NCBI RefSeq assembly: GCF_037042905.1
Contig: NC_087252.1
Coordinates: 4,218,001-4,282,000, forward strand
Source of the DNA: Lytechinus pictus
Taxonomy: Eukaryota
Reading direction: 5' to 3'
Length of the DNA stretch: 64,000 nucleotides
The notes under the pieces: model-generated
Database searches by the model: none
What the model was told of the DNA's origin: nothing
Seen by the model: only the letters and a program-made list of their open reading frames with translations
Position numbers and translations under genes: made by a program
Part shown: in pieces, positions 24,787 through 39,700 of the stretch
Layout: every line of letters starts with the position of its first letter
Numbering within the stretch: the stretch's first letter is position 1

Positions 24787-27700
24787 TCACCATCATCATC
24801 ATTACTATTGGTACTTGCATTATAACAGCCTTAGCAGACCCCCTCGAGCCAGTCGTCCCGGACTGCAAGCCAACCGAGCCCGGTAAGTGCGTATATGAAG
24901 TAGTAGGAGTAGTCACGGAAAGTTTTGAGCTCAGATGCCGAGTCGACGAGGTGAAACCTGCCGTTACACTATCATGGACGGCTCAGGATGGGACGGAGAG
25001 ACCATCGGAAGAAACTCCTTCAGGCCCCGATGAAAATGGACTTTTTAGTGTTGTTTCAGTGTTTACGGTGAGCAATATAGACCCCTACATGAGGCAAACA
25101 GAGAAATATACTATATATTTAGATAAGTATTGGAACTGTAGTTAAGCAATTTAAGTAATCAAATCTGATGAACTACTTAGTATCTTTCTCATAAAATAGG
25201 CACATGTGCATGATGTGCTAAAGCTCTATACCAGAGGTTCTCAATTTACGACCCGCGAAGCTTCTCAATCTGGCCCTTTCTAAATCATTTTATGTTACAA
25301 TATTTTTTTTTTCTCTTTGCCTCTTCCTTGAGGATTTATTGTTTCAAAATATTTACATATATACATATTTACATAGGAATAACTTTTTTTCAAGAGTCGA
25401 ATGATATAATATTTATAACAGGAATTACAATATATCAATAATTTTCTTGACCTCTAATACACAAAATTGTTTAGATCCGTAATGATTCAAATAAAACTTC
25501 AAATATGAAACAAATTCCGTGATCAATCTCTCATTGCTATGATTTAGATTCTGAAGGTTGCATTTTACATAATGATTATAAACTACAAACTGAGCAACAT
25601 TGATCGTCAAATTAATAAGTTCAAATTTTGGGTTTTCTATTTTATACCCAATTAACAATGTTTTCATAGTTATCACCATTTCTTCTTTGAAAATGAAATA
25701 AATCATCCTCGATATGATTTTCCAATAAACTTTAATCTTTTTGCAAAAAAACAGAAAATGGCCAATGGTCTCGATTTCATTACAGATTTCGCATTGATTT
25801 GTATTTACAATTTTCCACTTGAACAAATTGTCTCTAGAAGGTAATATTTTATGTAACAGTCTGAAATTGAATTGCTTAATTCTGTTATCTTTTATCTTTT
25901 TGAATTTAAAATGAAGGATATCTTTCCAAACTAAATTTTCTGGCAATTTTAGTTGTTTTCCCCAGATGTCCAAAATATAAAAATCAACCTTCTTTTGTTG
26001 TAAAAACAACACATAATATTGTTTTGCTCTGGTGCAAGTTATATTAATACGTTCACCAACAGATGTATCAATTTCTTCTTGTTCTGAAGACTCATTTTGC
26101 TTTTCTTTCATCGTACTTATTTTTTTAAGCCAATGAGCAGGAAATGCTTTTTTTAATTTTAAAAATCTAAAACTAAATACTAAATTATCAACATCAAAAA
26201 AGTTTCTAAAAAATGATATATCTTTCCATTTACCTTTATATACAACTTGTTTAACATATAAAATACCAACTTCTTTCCATTCCTGAAAATTTAAAGGTTG
26301 TCCATTTATTGTAATATTACTATTATTCCATAATGTTTCACGATATATATTTTCAACATTCTGCTCATTTAAATATCGTAATTGAGCCCATGTATATAGA
26401 AATTCAATATAAAACATTGGTAAACCCTTTTTTCGACAAAGCTTTAACATGTGTTTTGGATGACAATTCATTTGAAAACAGTAGGGGATTTCTCCTATGT
26501 AACTTAACCAAAACGAGAAAAGTGTTTTCCAGACTGCATCATAATTATTAAAAAAGGAATTTATCCAAGACAATATAATTGATTTTGATTTCGAATATAG
26601 ATCGATCATACCAAGACCACCTTCAACTATCGGTCTGACACAAATATTACGTTTAACTTTTTCACGCTTTGAATTCCATAAAAAGCAATACATTATCTTA
26701 TGTAAACCCTTGCATATATAGTCTGGCATTGGTATAACCGAACCAACATAAACGATTTGAGGCACAATTAAACATTTTATAATAATTATTTTACCATAGC
26801 ATGTAAGCTGTCTCATTTTCCATGTTTTTAATATGTTATTGACCTTTTCAATTTTCCCTTCCCAATTTAGCTTTCGTATATGCTCTTCATTTTTTCCCAC
26901 AAATATTCCTAAATACTTAACAGGATCATCTGTAAAATCGAACTCGCTTCTTTCTAAGTTAAATATCCCTATTTTTAACATCTTTGTCTTATTCCAATTT
27001 ACTTTTGGACCTGCAATATTACCGAAATTATTTATCTCTTTCATAACATTATGAAGGGAATTAATCGAATTGATAAATATCGTCGTATCGTCTGCGAACT
27101 GTGTTATTTTTATCTCTCTGTGTGGTAAGCATAAACAATTTCCTGAAATATCTATTCCTCTGATTTCATCATTTTCTTTAATACGAATTGCTAAAATCTC
27201 TGCAACCAAAATAAACAACAATGCTGATAATGGACACCCTTGTCTTACACCTTTATAAATATGAAATGATTCTGATAACCACCCACGCTGTAGTACTCTA
27301 CCGTGAGCATTTTTATATAACATCTTAATCCAATTTATAAACGATTCCTTAAACTTCATCCGCTTTAATGTTTCAAACAGAAATGAGTGGTTCACATTGT
27401 CGAATGCTTTTCGAAAATCTAAAAAAATTATAATGCCACGGGAACTTTTAAATTTACAATAGTCAATAATATCTTGAACAAGCCTAACATTTTCGGATGC
27501 CGATCTACCTTTAATAAATCCACATTGATCAGTTGAAATAATTGATGATAAAATTTTCTGTAAACGCATCGCTAAAACCCGAGCTGCAATTTTGTAGTCG
27601 ATATTGAGTAAAGATATTGGTCGCCAATTGTCCAGAGATCCCCTATTGCCATTTTTGTATAATAGAGTAAGAACTGACTGTCCTTGTATAAAAGAGAGTT

Positions 27701-30700
27701 CTCCCTTTTCATACCCCTCATTTAAACTATTTATAACTAGATCTTTAATTTCATTCCAAAAACATCTGTAGAATTCCACACTTAGACCGTCACTCCCGGG
27801 TGAACGGTTTAAATTCATGGAAGACAATGCTTTTCTACATTCTGTTTCAGTAAGCAACCCTTCACAACTTTTTGCTTCTTCCCGAGATAAGCATGGTACC
27901 TGTACATGAGTAAAATATTTATCAACATCTGTTTCGTGTATCGGTGGACAATACAAGTTTTTATAAAATCTGTGAATATCTTTAAGAATCTCGTCATTAT
28001 TAAGGACCTTTTTCCCATTTTTTTCAAGAAAGTGTATTTCTTTTTTATTTCCTCTTTGCCTTTCTAGCTGAATAAAATATTTAGTACATTTTTCTCCATT
28101 CTCTATCCATTTTTCTCTTGATCTAACATAAGCACCTTTACACTTATTTCCATACCATTTGTCTAACTCTTCTTTCAATTTATTCATTTTGTCTATTAAT
28201 TCATCATTCATATCAGTATCAAACATTTCGTTGTAATGCCTTAATTCTCTTTCTAATTTCAGATAATACCCTTTTGCTCTAGATTGCTTTTCCTTTGCAT
28301 AACGGATACTGTATTCTTTAATCTTATATTTACAAACATCCCATTGTATTTGTGTACTCATTCCTTTCGTTTCAAACTTGACCACTTGTATCAAACTTTT
28401 AACATAATTAACATAAACCTCATCATTCAACAACGAGTTATTAATCTTCCAATAACCTTTACCTCTTTTTTCTTGAGATATTTTTATCTTTAATGATATA
28501 GCATTGTGGTCACATTTTAATGCGGGCCTTATGTCTGTTGAAAAGACTGAACCCAAAAGACCTCTACAAATCAACCAATAATCTAGTCTTGAGTGTACAT
28601 TTAATAATAATTGTCGCCAAGTAAATTGTTTTTTATCTTGGTTACACTTTCTCCATATATCAATTAATTTGTTTTTTGCTTGAAAACTTTTAAAATTCTT
28701 TTTTGGTAAATAAACATTTGATATGCCATAAGTATCTAATATTCTATTTTGTACACAATTCCAATCTCCACCTGCTATAACCATATCGTTATTAGGTTTA
28801 CATGCTTTTACCCAGGCATCTAAGGACTTGTAAAAAAATTCTTTCTCCGTGTTCTTTGTCGGAGCGTAAATGTTTATACAAAAGTATGATATTGAATGAC
28901 ATGAAAATCGAATAATGATAGCTCTACCATCTCCTTTACAATTAACAGAAATAGAGTTCAATGAAAGACCCTCACGAACAAGAATGGCTACTCCTCTTGA
29001 GTGATTTGTGCCATGGTCAAAGAAACACTGACCTTTCCATTCCTTCTTTACACTTTGCTCTATATTATGTAGCCAAAAAGTTTCTTGGAGAAACGCAATA
29101 TCACATTTCTGATTTTTTAACCATAAGAATATCTTGTCTCTTTTAAGCTTGTTTCGTAACCCCCTCCCCGGGGGGGGGGGGGGGGTGCACTCGACCAAAA
29201 AAGTGGTAGGGGTGTGCCGCGGGCGAGACAAAAAACGGGGGCCTTGGAGCGGGCTCATTGTAAAAAGGAGGGTCCTCGGAACGAGCTTTGGAACTACAAA
29301 TGTTTGTGAAAACGGGGGTCCTTGGAACGGGTCGCCTGTGTGCGAGTGCGTATGCATCCCTATGGAACGTACATGCAGCTAGCCCGGCGGCACGACTGAC
29401 GGGCGCGCTAGCGGAGAGGCGATGGTCGGACAGCGAACTGCGGCCGCTTTTCACCAAAATTGCGACCGGAACGGCGTAACGGAAAATATGCGAAGCCCTG
29501 GAGCGGATTTTTTTCTTCTTTTTATCTCGAGAAGAAGAAAATGCTATGCTCTGGAGCGGCTTTCTATGTTCTTTTTCTCAATAAGACAAAAATGCTATGC
29601 CTCGGAACGGAAATTTGAGTGTAAAAATGGGGGTCCCCTCCGCGGCACATACCCACTATGCATTATATACTGAGTGCCCCCCCCCCCCCCCGGGACCCCC
29701 TCACATTCAGGGAAACGAAATGTAACATAGACTTATCTATGAATCGATGGTTTGACATTCTTTCTTTCTAACTGCTCATCAATTTCTGTAATTTCTTTCC
29801 ACTCACTTATTTTTGCTTGTGTCTTTTCGCTTCCTTTTAGAGGGTTTTCTCTTATCTTGTACCAATTGTAGTGGAGGTGTTTCAGCTGACAGCGTGGTGC
29901 CCTCGTCATCGCTATCGCGATCGCTTGTTTCTGTTTCTGAGCTTGATCCGTAATTACTCTTTGCTCTATCTCCTTTAGACTTATCTCCAGGATCTTCGTC
30001 TGTAGATGAAAACTTACCATCGCTTTCCACGACGATAGCATTCATCACACTATGCGCTTTTCGTGGTCGACTAGCTTTCTGATCTGATGGGGTTGGGACG
30101 GGTAGGAAATCCTGTAGATTAAGTTGCTTCTTCGCTTTTCCGCTGTATGAAGTGCTTGAAGTGAGGCTAGCAGCGGCGGCTTGTCTCGGGCGATCGTCAT
30201 CTAGTCGAAGATCCGTGGCGTCCGTAGTTTCCGTTGCTATGTTGGTTGGGCACTTGTTTCTCACGTGCCCACTCGCTTTACAGAGGGAACACCTGATTGC
30301 ATTCTTGCATGAGGATACGTGATGCCCTTTCTCCAGGCATTTCGAGCATGTAGCGACGCTTCCAACTCCCTGTTCTGGCTGTCCAAGATGGTACAGTCGA
30401 CCGACGAAAACCTTCCCGAAAACGAATTTCCTAGGGAGGGCTTGGGCGGGTGGTTTGATGAACAAAACTCTATCTCCATTCAGGCAGCTCGTCAGTTGTC
30501 CATTAACTCTTAGTTTTTGTCTGATGATTTCACCATGAATTTCAATGTTTTTGGTTTGAAACTCAGACTTGATAAGTTGGTCACTTACTGAGAGTGGGAT
30601 ATCCTTGATTACCACACGAAGGAGATTCTCATCCCTGGTTTTGGTAAATGGGTTGAGGTCATGTACAGGGGTAACTGCCCCACGAAGCTCTAAGCCACTC

Positions 30701-33700
30701 ATTATCACTTTCACTCTGTCTTCATGACGAACGAGGTAAATACGCCATAAGTTACGTATTTGCTGGATACCTGATATGTTAGTAGGTTCTATTATCTTGA
30801 CTAACGACATGTACAATTCCTCACCCGATATTTGTTTTGTACTCACATTTCGAACATCCTCTGATTTAACAAAAACGGGTTTAGTTCCACTTGCGTTAGC
30901 CATTTTTAGAGTGAGACTGGGTGTGGCTTTCCGGAATCTCAGCTAGATTTCTCCCTTTCTCCTCAGAAAAATTCACTCCAAAGCGTCTCAGATTATATAA
31001 TTTACTTTTTCCTTCAATCTTGTTCCAAATACACAACCTGATGGCTTATCAGTTTTCCGATGATTTGCGATTTTAATTCTCAATCTGAGAGGGTGACAAA
31101 ATTACGCCTTGACGTTGAAATTGCGCCCTCTAAACTCATGTTACAATATGAAATATGCCTTAATATGATCGCATTTGTGACCATGCAAGCAACCATGAAA
31201 AAAAAATGATAGTCCAGACAATTTGACTTTTAATAGTAATAATAATAGCTGGATTTATAAAGCGCTTTTTGCCTGAGGATACAAAGCGCTGCTACTATTA
31301 CCCCGGCTTTAGCTCGAGCTACCATCACCGGCGCTCAGTGCATTCAAGGAATTACTCCTGCCGGGTACCCATTCACCTCACCTGGGTCGAGTGCAGCACA
31401 GTGTGGATAAATTTCTTGCTGAAGGAAAACACGCCATGGCTGGGATTCGAACCCACGACCCTCTGTTTCAAAGGCGAGAGTCCGAACCACTAGACCACGA
31501 TGCACCCATTTTAGCAAAGTTCAATGAATTTTGAGTCGTATCTGTCTGTACTACGTAGTTTATGATTTGATGTTATGAAAGATAGTAACAAGCCATTGCA
31601 CATATTACATCCCACAGTTGGATTTAAACGTGAACGTGCAGATGATACTAGTGGGATTTGTATATTTTCTACAATGAACATGTTAAATAATTCATACCAG
31701 AGCACCTTGACCAGTAAACATCTTGCACCAGTTCATTCGTCTGGCAATCACTCATTTTGTACCAAGGTTTCAGCAACTTGTTGTTCACTTTCCCACTGAA
31801 TGGAATTGATACAAATTAAGAGAAGCTTCAATTATTAGAATCTACAACAGCCCTGGTATACAAACTTGTAAATGATCCTTTCACTACACCTGTGCCCTCA
31901 GTTCAAATATTTGTTGAAACTGACATTTATAAGTTTTGAAAATACAACTTTCTTTAATGATTACTACTGAATATGGTTGCATTTTGTGTATTTGCATTAA
32001 CATGGTTATGGCTAAGACAATAAAATAAAAGATGACAGAAGAATATCACGGCCCAGTTTCCCAAGACGTCAACGGTGGCATGGGCTGACAACACTCCAAA
32101 AATAATAATTGCTCACAAAACAATACGTCATCACGGTCCTGAAGTTTGGAACACTTTGCCGAATAACATCAAACAAGCTACATCTCTTTTTTTCCTTTAA
32201 AGCTTTGTTAAAAAGGTTTCTTGTATCAAAGTATTTGTAAAAATCTCACCTGCACGTGCACCCACATCTGCACCACTTCACCTGACCCCTTTACCCTCTC
32301 CCCCTTTTTTCTTAACATTTCAAATAATTATGTGACATCATTATTATAGACCCATGAATTTTTCTCTACAATGGTTTTCATGTAGCTGCCTTCCTCTGGC
32401 TGCTATTCTCTCAAGCATTTTGCTTATGATAGCTAGCCACTGCATTTTATTTTATATATTATTGCTTACATGTATATCTATGTAAATTATTCTTCTATTA
32501 TGTAATCGTCGCAATTTGTAATTATTTCATTTATTTTTGTATTTCTTTATATTCATTATGATTACTGTGTTTCATATATTGAATTTTCAATAAATGCAGA
32601 AACACCTGCAAAAAAAAAAAAAAACAGAAATTTTCGACTCATTTTCGGGGGGAATAATAGAAAAAAAAAAGAGGTCGGGGAAAGAAAAATAATCCCCCTT
32701 TTTGCGGGTGAGAGAGGGTCCCCCTTATATATGTTTATATATTGACCAAAATTTAAATGACTGATGTCACGGCTAAATCACATTTTACCCACCTTTACCC
32801 TTTTTTTCTCTTTTAACAACATGCAGGTATTTCGAGGCGAGATAGGGGAGACCTTTGTTTGTAAAGCCACTGGTGATAGTGTAAACGGAACATCAACATT
32901 ATTGGTAACAGTAAAGTATCCTGAAAGTAAGTTAATTAAGCTCCATTGTATTTTTTAAGTTTTGACCACCGTACCGAGAACCAAGAGTTCAAATAAACCT
33001 TTACCATGTATACTTTTAACTTTAAAACAGCAAATGCGGACAAAGGAAGGGAAGGGGGAAAGCTACCGTTTCACGTCTTTTAAAATAAGGGTTTGGATAC
33101 TACTTCGTTCTGACAGCGATCCGTATTTAATACCTGTACACTCTAAAAAATGTTGGGCAACATACGGTCCACACAACAATTGGTTAAAACTTTATCCAAT
33201 TCTGGGTAGTTTTACACCAATAATATGTGCTTTGGGTGAAAACTACACAGTATTGGTTGAAAACTACCCAGAATTGGATAAAGTTTTAACCAATTGTTGT
33301 GTGGACCGTATGTTGCCCAACATTTTTTAGAGTGTAGATGAATGCTAAGATGTTACATCGCGACAGTATAATTAAAATTCATGACATTGGCGTAATGTAA
33401 ATGGTATTTAGGTGGCAGTCGCTGATGTATGCATAATTGCGAGAGATCAAAACATTTTGTGGAAATATTAGATATTTGATGTAGATTTGATAGGTTACTA
33501 AATGCAATTTTTGCCAGTAGGGTGATCTTAAATAATTAGCTACCTTTGCCGCCAATATTACATAATATTACATAAAATGCTAACAACAGATAGAGTAGAC
33601 GGTCACGCTGCTTGCCTCCATGAGCAGTTGAGGTGCGCATAAACATTCCCGTGGAACGCCCTGCGCAAAGTCAGAACTATCACCCTTTTGATTTTAACAT

Positions 33701-36700
33701 TCATTTTCGCAGAAGTTTAATTCATAATCGAATGTTGGCTTATTCTATTTTTCTTTCCATCCCGTTACTTTATTACTTTTCTTTTCTTTTCTTTGTTTAT
33801 GTTTTATTTTCTCTTCTTTTCTTTTAATCGACAGAAAAAGGCCTCTCTGGTGGAGCGAAAGCGGGAATTGCAGTATTTCTAATTTTCCTCATAGTCATCG
33901 TCGCAGTTGTTGCAATCGTCTATATAATGTGGAAAAGTAAGTGAAAATAAAAAAAAGGGAACATTATTTTTTTTCGGAAAAACATGACATTACATAATCT
34001 TTGAAATTTACCCCTAATTTAATACATTTGTTTAGTTTATTACATAAAGGCCGTCTTAAGGAGATTTCGATTTGAGAGGCAGAGTGGCAAATCCCATTTT
34101 GGAGTAAAATTATGTTATATTCAAAGGGTTGCCATTTTGTCCATGTGCATGCATAACAATATTCTTGCAAATGTTACCTAAAGCGATCATTACTTGACAT
34201 TTTTCAAATACTCGCTAGCCACCTCCCCCCATACCCTCGTCAAAGTAAATTTTACAAGTTCTTTGAAGTGCAGTCATTGCTGTTGACGCAATTGGGAATT
34301 ACAAAGAAAAAAATAGAAAGAGTAACACTATCATGACTACACACGTGGAAATTGATGGGTGCATGGATGATGGGTATAGGTAAATATAACTTAACTTTGA
34401 AGAAACTGCGATATATGTGAATGGAGACTATGTGAAGGGGGATGCAACAAATTTAAACTAATAAGAGCTGAGCGCATGTAAAAAGAGAGTAGCTGTTAGT
34501 ATGAAAAATCGTTTTATTTATGACGTCACAATACAGAACGGAAGAATCAGAAGCCGGAGAACTACCCAGACCAGATGCAGCTCTTAGCCCCATTTCAGGG
34601 TAAGAAGACAAGATCATGTTAATATAATACTCGTTCACTTCTGGAAGTGATGACATGCAATTAACACCACGTGTTACACCTAAAGTCGTATTCGAACTAG
34701 TACTATTATCATTATATTAAAAATGACTGGTTTGATCGTACGATTTTAGAAATAACTTGAGATTAAGTTTTCACCGACGGCAATTTACAGGCCACTCAAA
34801 TGGGTGAAATGTATAGTGATAAATTATTTGTTATATCTTGCCAATCTATAATGAGTTTCCATCACAGTGGTGTAATCAAATCTCACTAATGATACAAGGA
34901 TTATAGAAAATAATCATGTATATTTGGACCGTGGTTCCACATCAATGCTGAGATGTTATTTGAGAGAGCATGATATATACATGTATATATATATATATAT
35001 ATATTTCCATGGAATCAAATTGTAAGCGAAGATATTTTGGATAGCACATCACTAATGGAAAGAGCGCAGTGTCTCACAGTGTATGCAGTTTGAAAAACAG
35101 TCATATTGTAAAATATTGTAAAGTGTAAATAGCATCTTCAACACACCGATTCACTCTTTACTGGCATCCACAGTGTGTGATTTATCTTCACACTGTAAAA
35201 TCTGAGCCTTTGACAGTGTGAATCACATCTTCACATTGTCTGCTTTGTGAACACACTGACCCGTATTCTGAAGTCAGGTTTAACTTAGACCATGCATGGT
35301 CTCACTCTGTGCTAAAATTATGGAAAGCCAAAAATGTCAAAATTTTGTTTTCATTGTATATTTCTCATGTGCTCTTTCCTAACTCGAGAATGGCAAAGAA
35401 AGCTATCTCAAGTTTTCCTTCCGAAACTGTTAATAATGAACTGAGAGAAAAATGAGCTCATACATTGAAAAAATAATGTTAGATGTTTATGCCACTATTG
35501 GCTATCCATAGTTAAACCAAAAGTTCAAAGCAGAATTTAAATTAAACCCGACGTCATAAAACGGGTCACTATCTATATCTATTTTGAATACTCGACACTT
35601 TATAACTCTCCACAGTGTGAAATCGTGTTCCCACTGTTGAATTTGATGATTAATAGTGTAAATTCACAAAGTTCATTATGTGAGCACACTGTGAATACAT
35701 TGTGAAAACTATTAGTATAGAACCGTCCACAAAATGAAAATTATTTTCACAATTAATTGAAGAATGTTGACAGTGTGAATTAGACCTTTACACAATCTTC
35801 TATGTAATCACACTATGTGGCAATGTGCTATGTCCAAAATGGGTATAACGCGCAATTTACTTTTGCTTCTCCAGGGGACTTCAACGAACTGGCCGAGAAA
35901 CTACGGGATTACAAACCCGGATCATTTTCCAACTTGGAGAAAAAAGAAGACCGAAGTTGGCCGAAGGTGACCCGATTAGGAGTATTCGGGGTGACGCATG
36001 CCGGGAAGTCATCTCTTGTGAGATCTCTCACCTATTCTCTGAAAGGTAACAGATCAAAAGCAAGCTTGGTGATCATAACAAAATCCATTCCATGATTTTC
36101 ATTTTTTTTAAATTCATGTTAAAATTCAGTTTGTGAGATAATAGAGCTGAAACATTTTTACTAGATTAATCAATTTTCCCCTTCTTGTCAAAGCTCCACC
36201 AATCAAAATGTCTGATCTGGACCACGTGACACGGAGACTTTAAATAAGCTATAGGTTTGTATATCGATTCTAGTTGGTTGATATTGGTATTTTTATACAA
36301 TATACAATGCAACCATTGTCCTGATTGGCCTATGTTACATTGAAATGGATCGCAAATGTTTATGTTACCGGGTCCAATATTCCAATCAAATGAAAACGAA
36401 ACCTTTGTCTATATTTAATGGCCCGTATTCTGAAGTCAGGTTTAACTTAGACCATGGTCTAACTCTGTGCTAAAATTATGGGGAGCCAAAAATTCAAAAA
36501 ATCTGTTTATATTGTATGTTTCTTATGATTACTATTTTGTTTCATTTTGCTTTCATAATGAAGAAAAATACTTCAGTTATCATTCCCAGACAATTACGAA
36601 CAATTTGGGTGCCATATGAGTTAATAAATTGGATCAGGATGCATACTGTAAGGGGATTTGTGCTCCAATTGGCTCTCCATATTTAAACCACAACTTTAAA

Positions 36701-39700
36701 CCAGGGTTTAATTCAAACCCGAGTTCAGAATACGGGCCAATGGGTTTATCTTTAGATATCTCCTCTTTGGTTCTTCCGTTCTTTATTAGGAGATTTCATC
36801 GCGGTGGAGGTAGCCCAGTCCCACTCCATAGGAGGAGTCACCGTAATCCCAAAGACGTTTGCAATCACTGATCATATATCTGTGGTTGATAACAGAGGGT
36901 TGAAAGATCTCGATGTTTCATGCATTACTGACATCATGGACCAAATGCGTGAGTAATCAGAATGTTAACTCGTATATACCTTACCTGGAGTTATTTATAT
37001 CATTTGGTTGGAAGGGGAGGGCTGTCCACTAGCGTACCTAAGGGGGGGGGCAGGGGGGGCAGACTGCCCCCCTGACGAGTCACAAGCAAAAAAAAAGGAA
37101 GCGAAAAAAGGGAAAGAAAAAAAGAAAAGAGGAAAACGAGAAAAAAGGGAGAAGGGGAAAAAGAAGAAAGAGTTAAAGAGAGAGGGTAAAACAAAAACTG
37201 GACTGCAGACTGTCGGAAAAAATGAAAAACTGTCGGGCACTCGGGGCTGTTCCAACTGATTTGGTTTTTTAGTTCCACCATCTTTGTCGGTAAATGTCAA
37301 TTAAACTGTACACTTTTATTGGTAAATTGTGATTTTACGCAATGAGACTTTTAGAGCTCTCTGTACCCATAGTGAGGATGGACTGGGCTGACCAGGGACA
37401 GGAAAAGGGTAGAGAACAATTTTTAAGTAATATAATTATAACAATAAAAATTTCGCTCGCGCCACGCGCTCGCATCAATTTTTTAATTGGGTACTTAAGA
37501 TAAATGTCTAGTTTTCAGGTTGAAAATTTTCAGCTCACACTTCGTGCTCGCGTCAATTGATTAGTTAGAAACCAATTTGTTCAAGGTTACAAAAAGTGCT
37601 TATGATATCCAGTTCTTAGGCCGGAATATCAAAAATTTCAGCTCGCACTTCGTGCTCACATATATCTATTTAGGTATATCCATCCTGTTCATAGATAAAT
37701 GAAGTGGTTAGAATGTCCGGTTTTCAGTCCGGAATATAAAAAATCAAATATATTAAAAATACATAATTAGAAACCAATTTGTTCACGGTTACAAAAATTG
37801 CGTAGAACATCAAGATCTTAGGTCGGAATATCAAAAATTTCAGCTCGAGCTTCGCACTCGCATAAAGTTCCATCCTGTTCATAATTAAATGAAGTGCTTA
37901 GAATGTAAAGTTTTCAGGTCGAAATATCAAGTTTTCAGCTCGCGCTTCGCGCTCACACCAATTAATTGTTTTTTACTACCATCTTGTTCATAGTTTTAAA
38001 AAAAAAGGTGCTTATAATGTTCACTTTTCTGAGGGGAATATCTCAAATTTTCAGCTCGCTCTTCGCGCTCGCATCAATTAATTATTCAGTTAGAAACCGA
38101 TTTGTTCATGGTTACTAAAAGTGCTTAGAATATCAAGTTCTTAAGTCGGAATATCAACAGTTTTAGCTCGCGCTTTGCACCCGCACGTCTGTTTAACTGT
38201 AAAACTGCTTAGAATGTCTAGTGTCCAGTTAAGAATATCAAAATTTTTAGCTCGCGCTTGGCGCTCGCATAATTTATTAATTTATTAAGGAAGATACCCA
38301 TCCTATTCATAGTTAAGTGCACAAATGTATCGTTTGAGGTCTAAATTTTTGGAAAATTTCAGCTCGCGCTTCGCGCTCCAATTATTATTTTTATATAATT
38401 TTAGTGTAAGTTGTTAGGCACGTGCAAATGAAAGTGAAGACTTTTTGGGGGGTGGGGCTTGTCAAATTTTTTGTAAAAAAAATGTTCCCCTTGAAAATCC
38501 TGGATCTGCCCCTGGGTTAGATAAAGATGAGTATTGGTCGTCGGACGTCAGTAATCGGTACTGATATCTGTCGGTAAAGGCCTAGCTATACCCCTGCTTA
38601 CACATTCCTCTGGTTATTACCGTCCCCCCTTTCTATCCTATGTACCCGATCCCTTCGTCCGCCTATCTATATTTTCCAATTTCAATTCCCTCAACCTTCT
38701 GACATTCCTGCCAGTGAGTGAGTGATTTTCCCCATATCTAGTGATATATCATGTTACTGTCGCATATTTTTTCACGTTCATATTTATTTTTTATGAGTGA
38801 ATGAATGGAAATAAAACAAATGCAAATCAATACATGAACGCAACTGATTTCAATGTCAAATACCTCTTTTATAACGTCTCCAAAATGAGCAGAATTGGGA
38901 ACATAATGTAAACACCTTCAAAGAGGAATAAAAGAAGTATTTTGATATAAACATTGCAATTACCACTTGATTAGAAATATATCGATCACGATCCAATACA
39001 TTTCATTTCTAGAATGATATACAAAAAAATAATAATTTCGACAATAAAGTGCAATCGCCCGATAGCAAATATCAGTAGTAGCAAGATCCCAACTGTTTTA
39101 TTGGGCACCCCCTGGGTAACCTTTCCCACCTTCAGTGCCACTTCCAGACCTACACATCCAAACGTTTATGAGGGGTGGGCTGCAAAATGCAGGGCAGCAG
39201 GGACTGCGAGGTGCCCAAATATCCTCGTGTATTTGTAATATTATGACCGAATGTATAATTTCTGCAAGTTTCATATCATGTAAAAAGGCTAAATAATAAT
39301 TGAAAAAAATGTTCGCTCGCTTCGCTCGCTAGAAAATTAAAAACTGTGAAGTTGATATTTGGGCAATGATTATCAGCCCCCCTTGAAAAATTGTGCCTAT
39401 ACGTCCATGCCTACTACCTCCCCCCCACCTTGCTCATTCTTGTCGCTTGCCCCCCTGACGAAGTATGCCAGGTACGCCACTGGGGCTGTCCCAACCCTCT
39501 CCCTAATTATCACAATAAGGGTGTTTGGGGTTAAATTGCAAAAAAGGGGGAAAACCAAATGTGATTTTCAATTTGTTTGATGAATCTTTAATACAAAATT
39601 AACACAAAATTCATTATCAATTTCAAAATAATCGATCTTCCTCGATTCATATTTCTTTATATAAATTGCTTGACCGACCACGACCCCAAGGACTGCATTA

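Larger units (their letters stand above)
25304..31137 (-). mobile_element. Full-length non-LTR retrotransposon, L1/Tx1 type
   Basis: 12-bp TSD ATGTTACAATAT at 25292-25303 and 31138-31149; polyT on + (polyA tail) at ~25303-25312; AATAAA on the minus strand at 25335-25340; two ORFs with a 74-nt spacer. Confidence 0.93.

Noticed and set aside
29167..29357. N-terminus of the 1310-aa ORF as the true LINE ORF2 start
   Set aside because: It lies within a TSD-bounded MITE; the native ATG is at 29728.
31430..31507. tRNA gene
   Set aside because: A and B boxes are followed by SINE body and tail; similar heads at ~50290 and ~51840 mark SINEs, not tRNAs.
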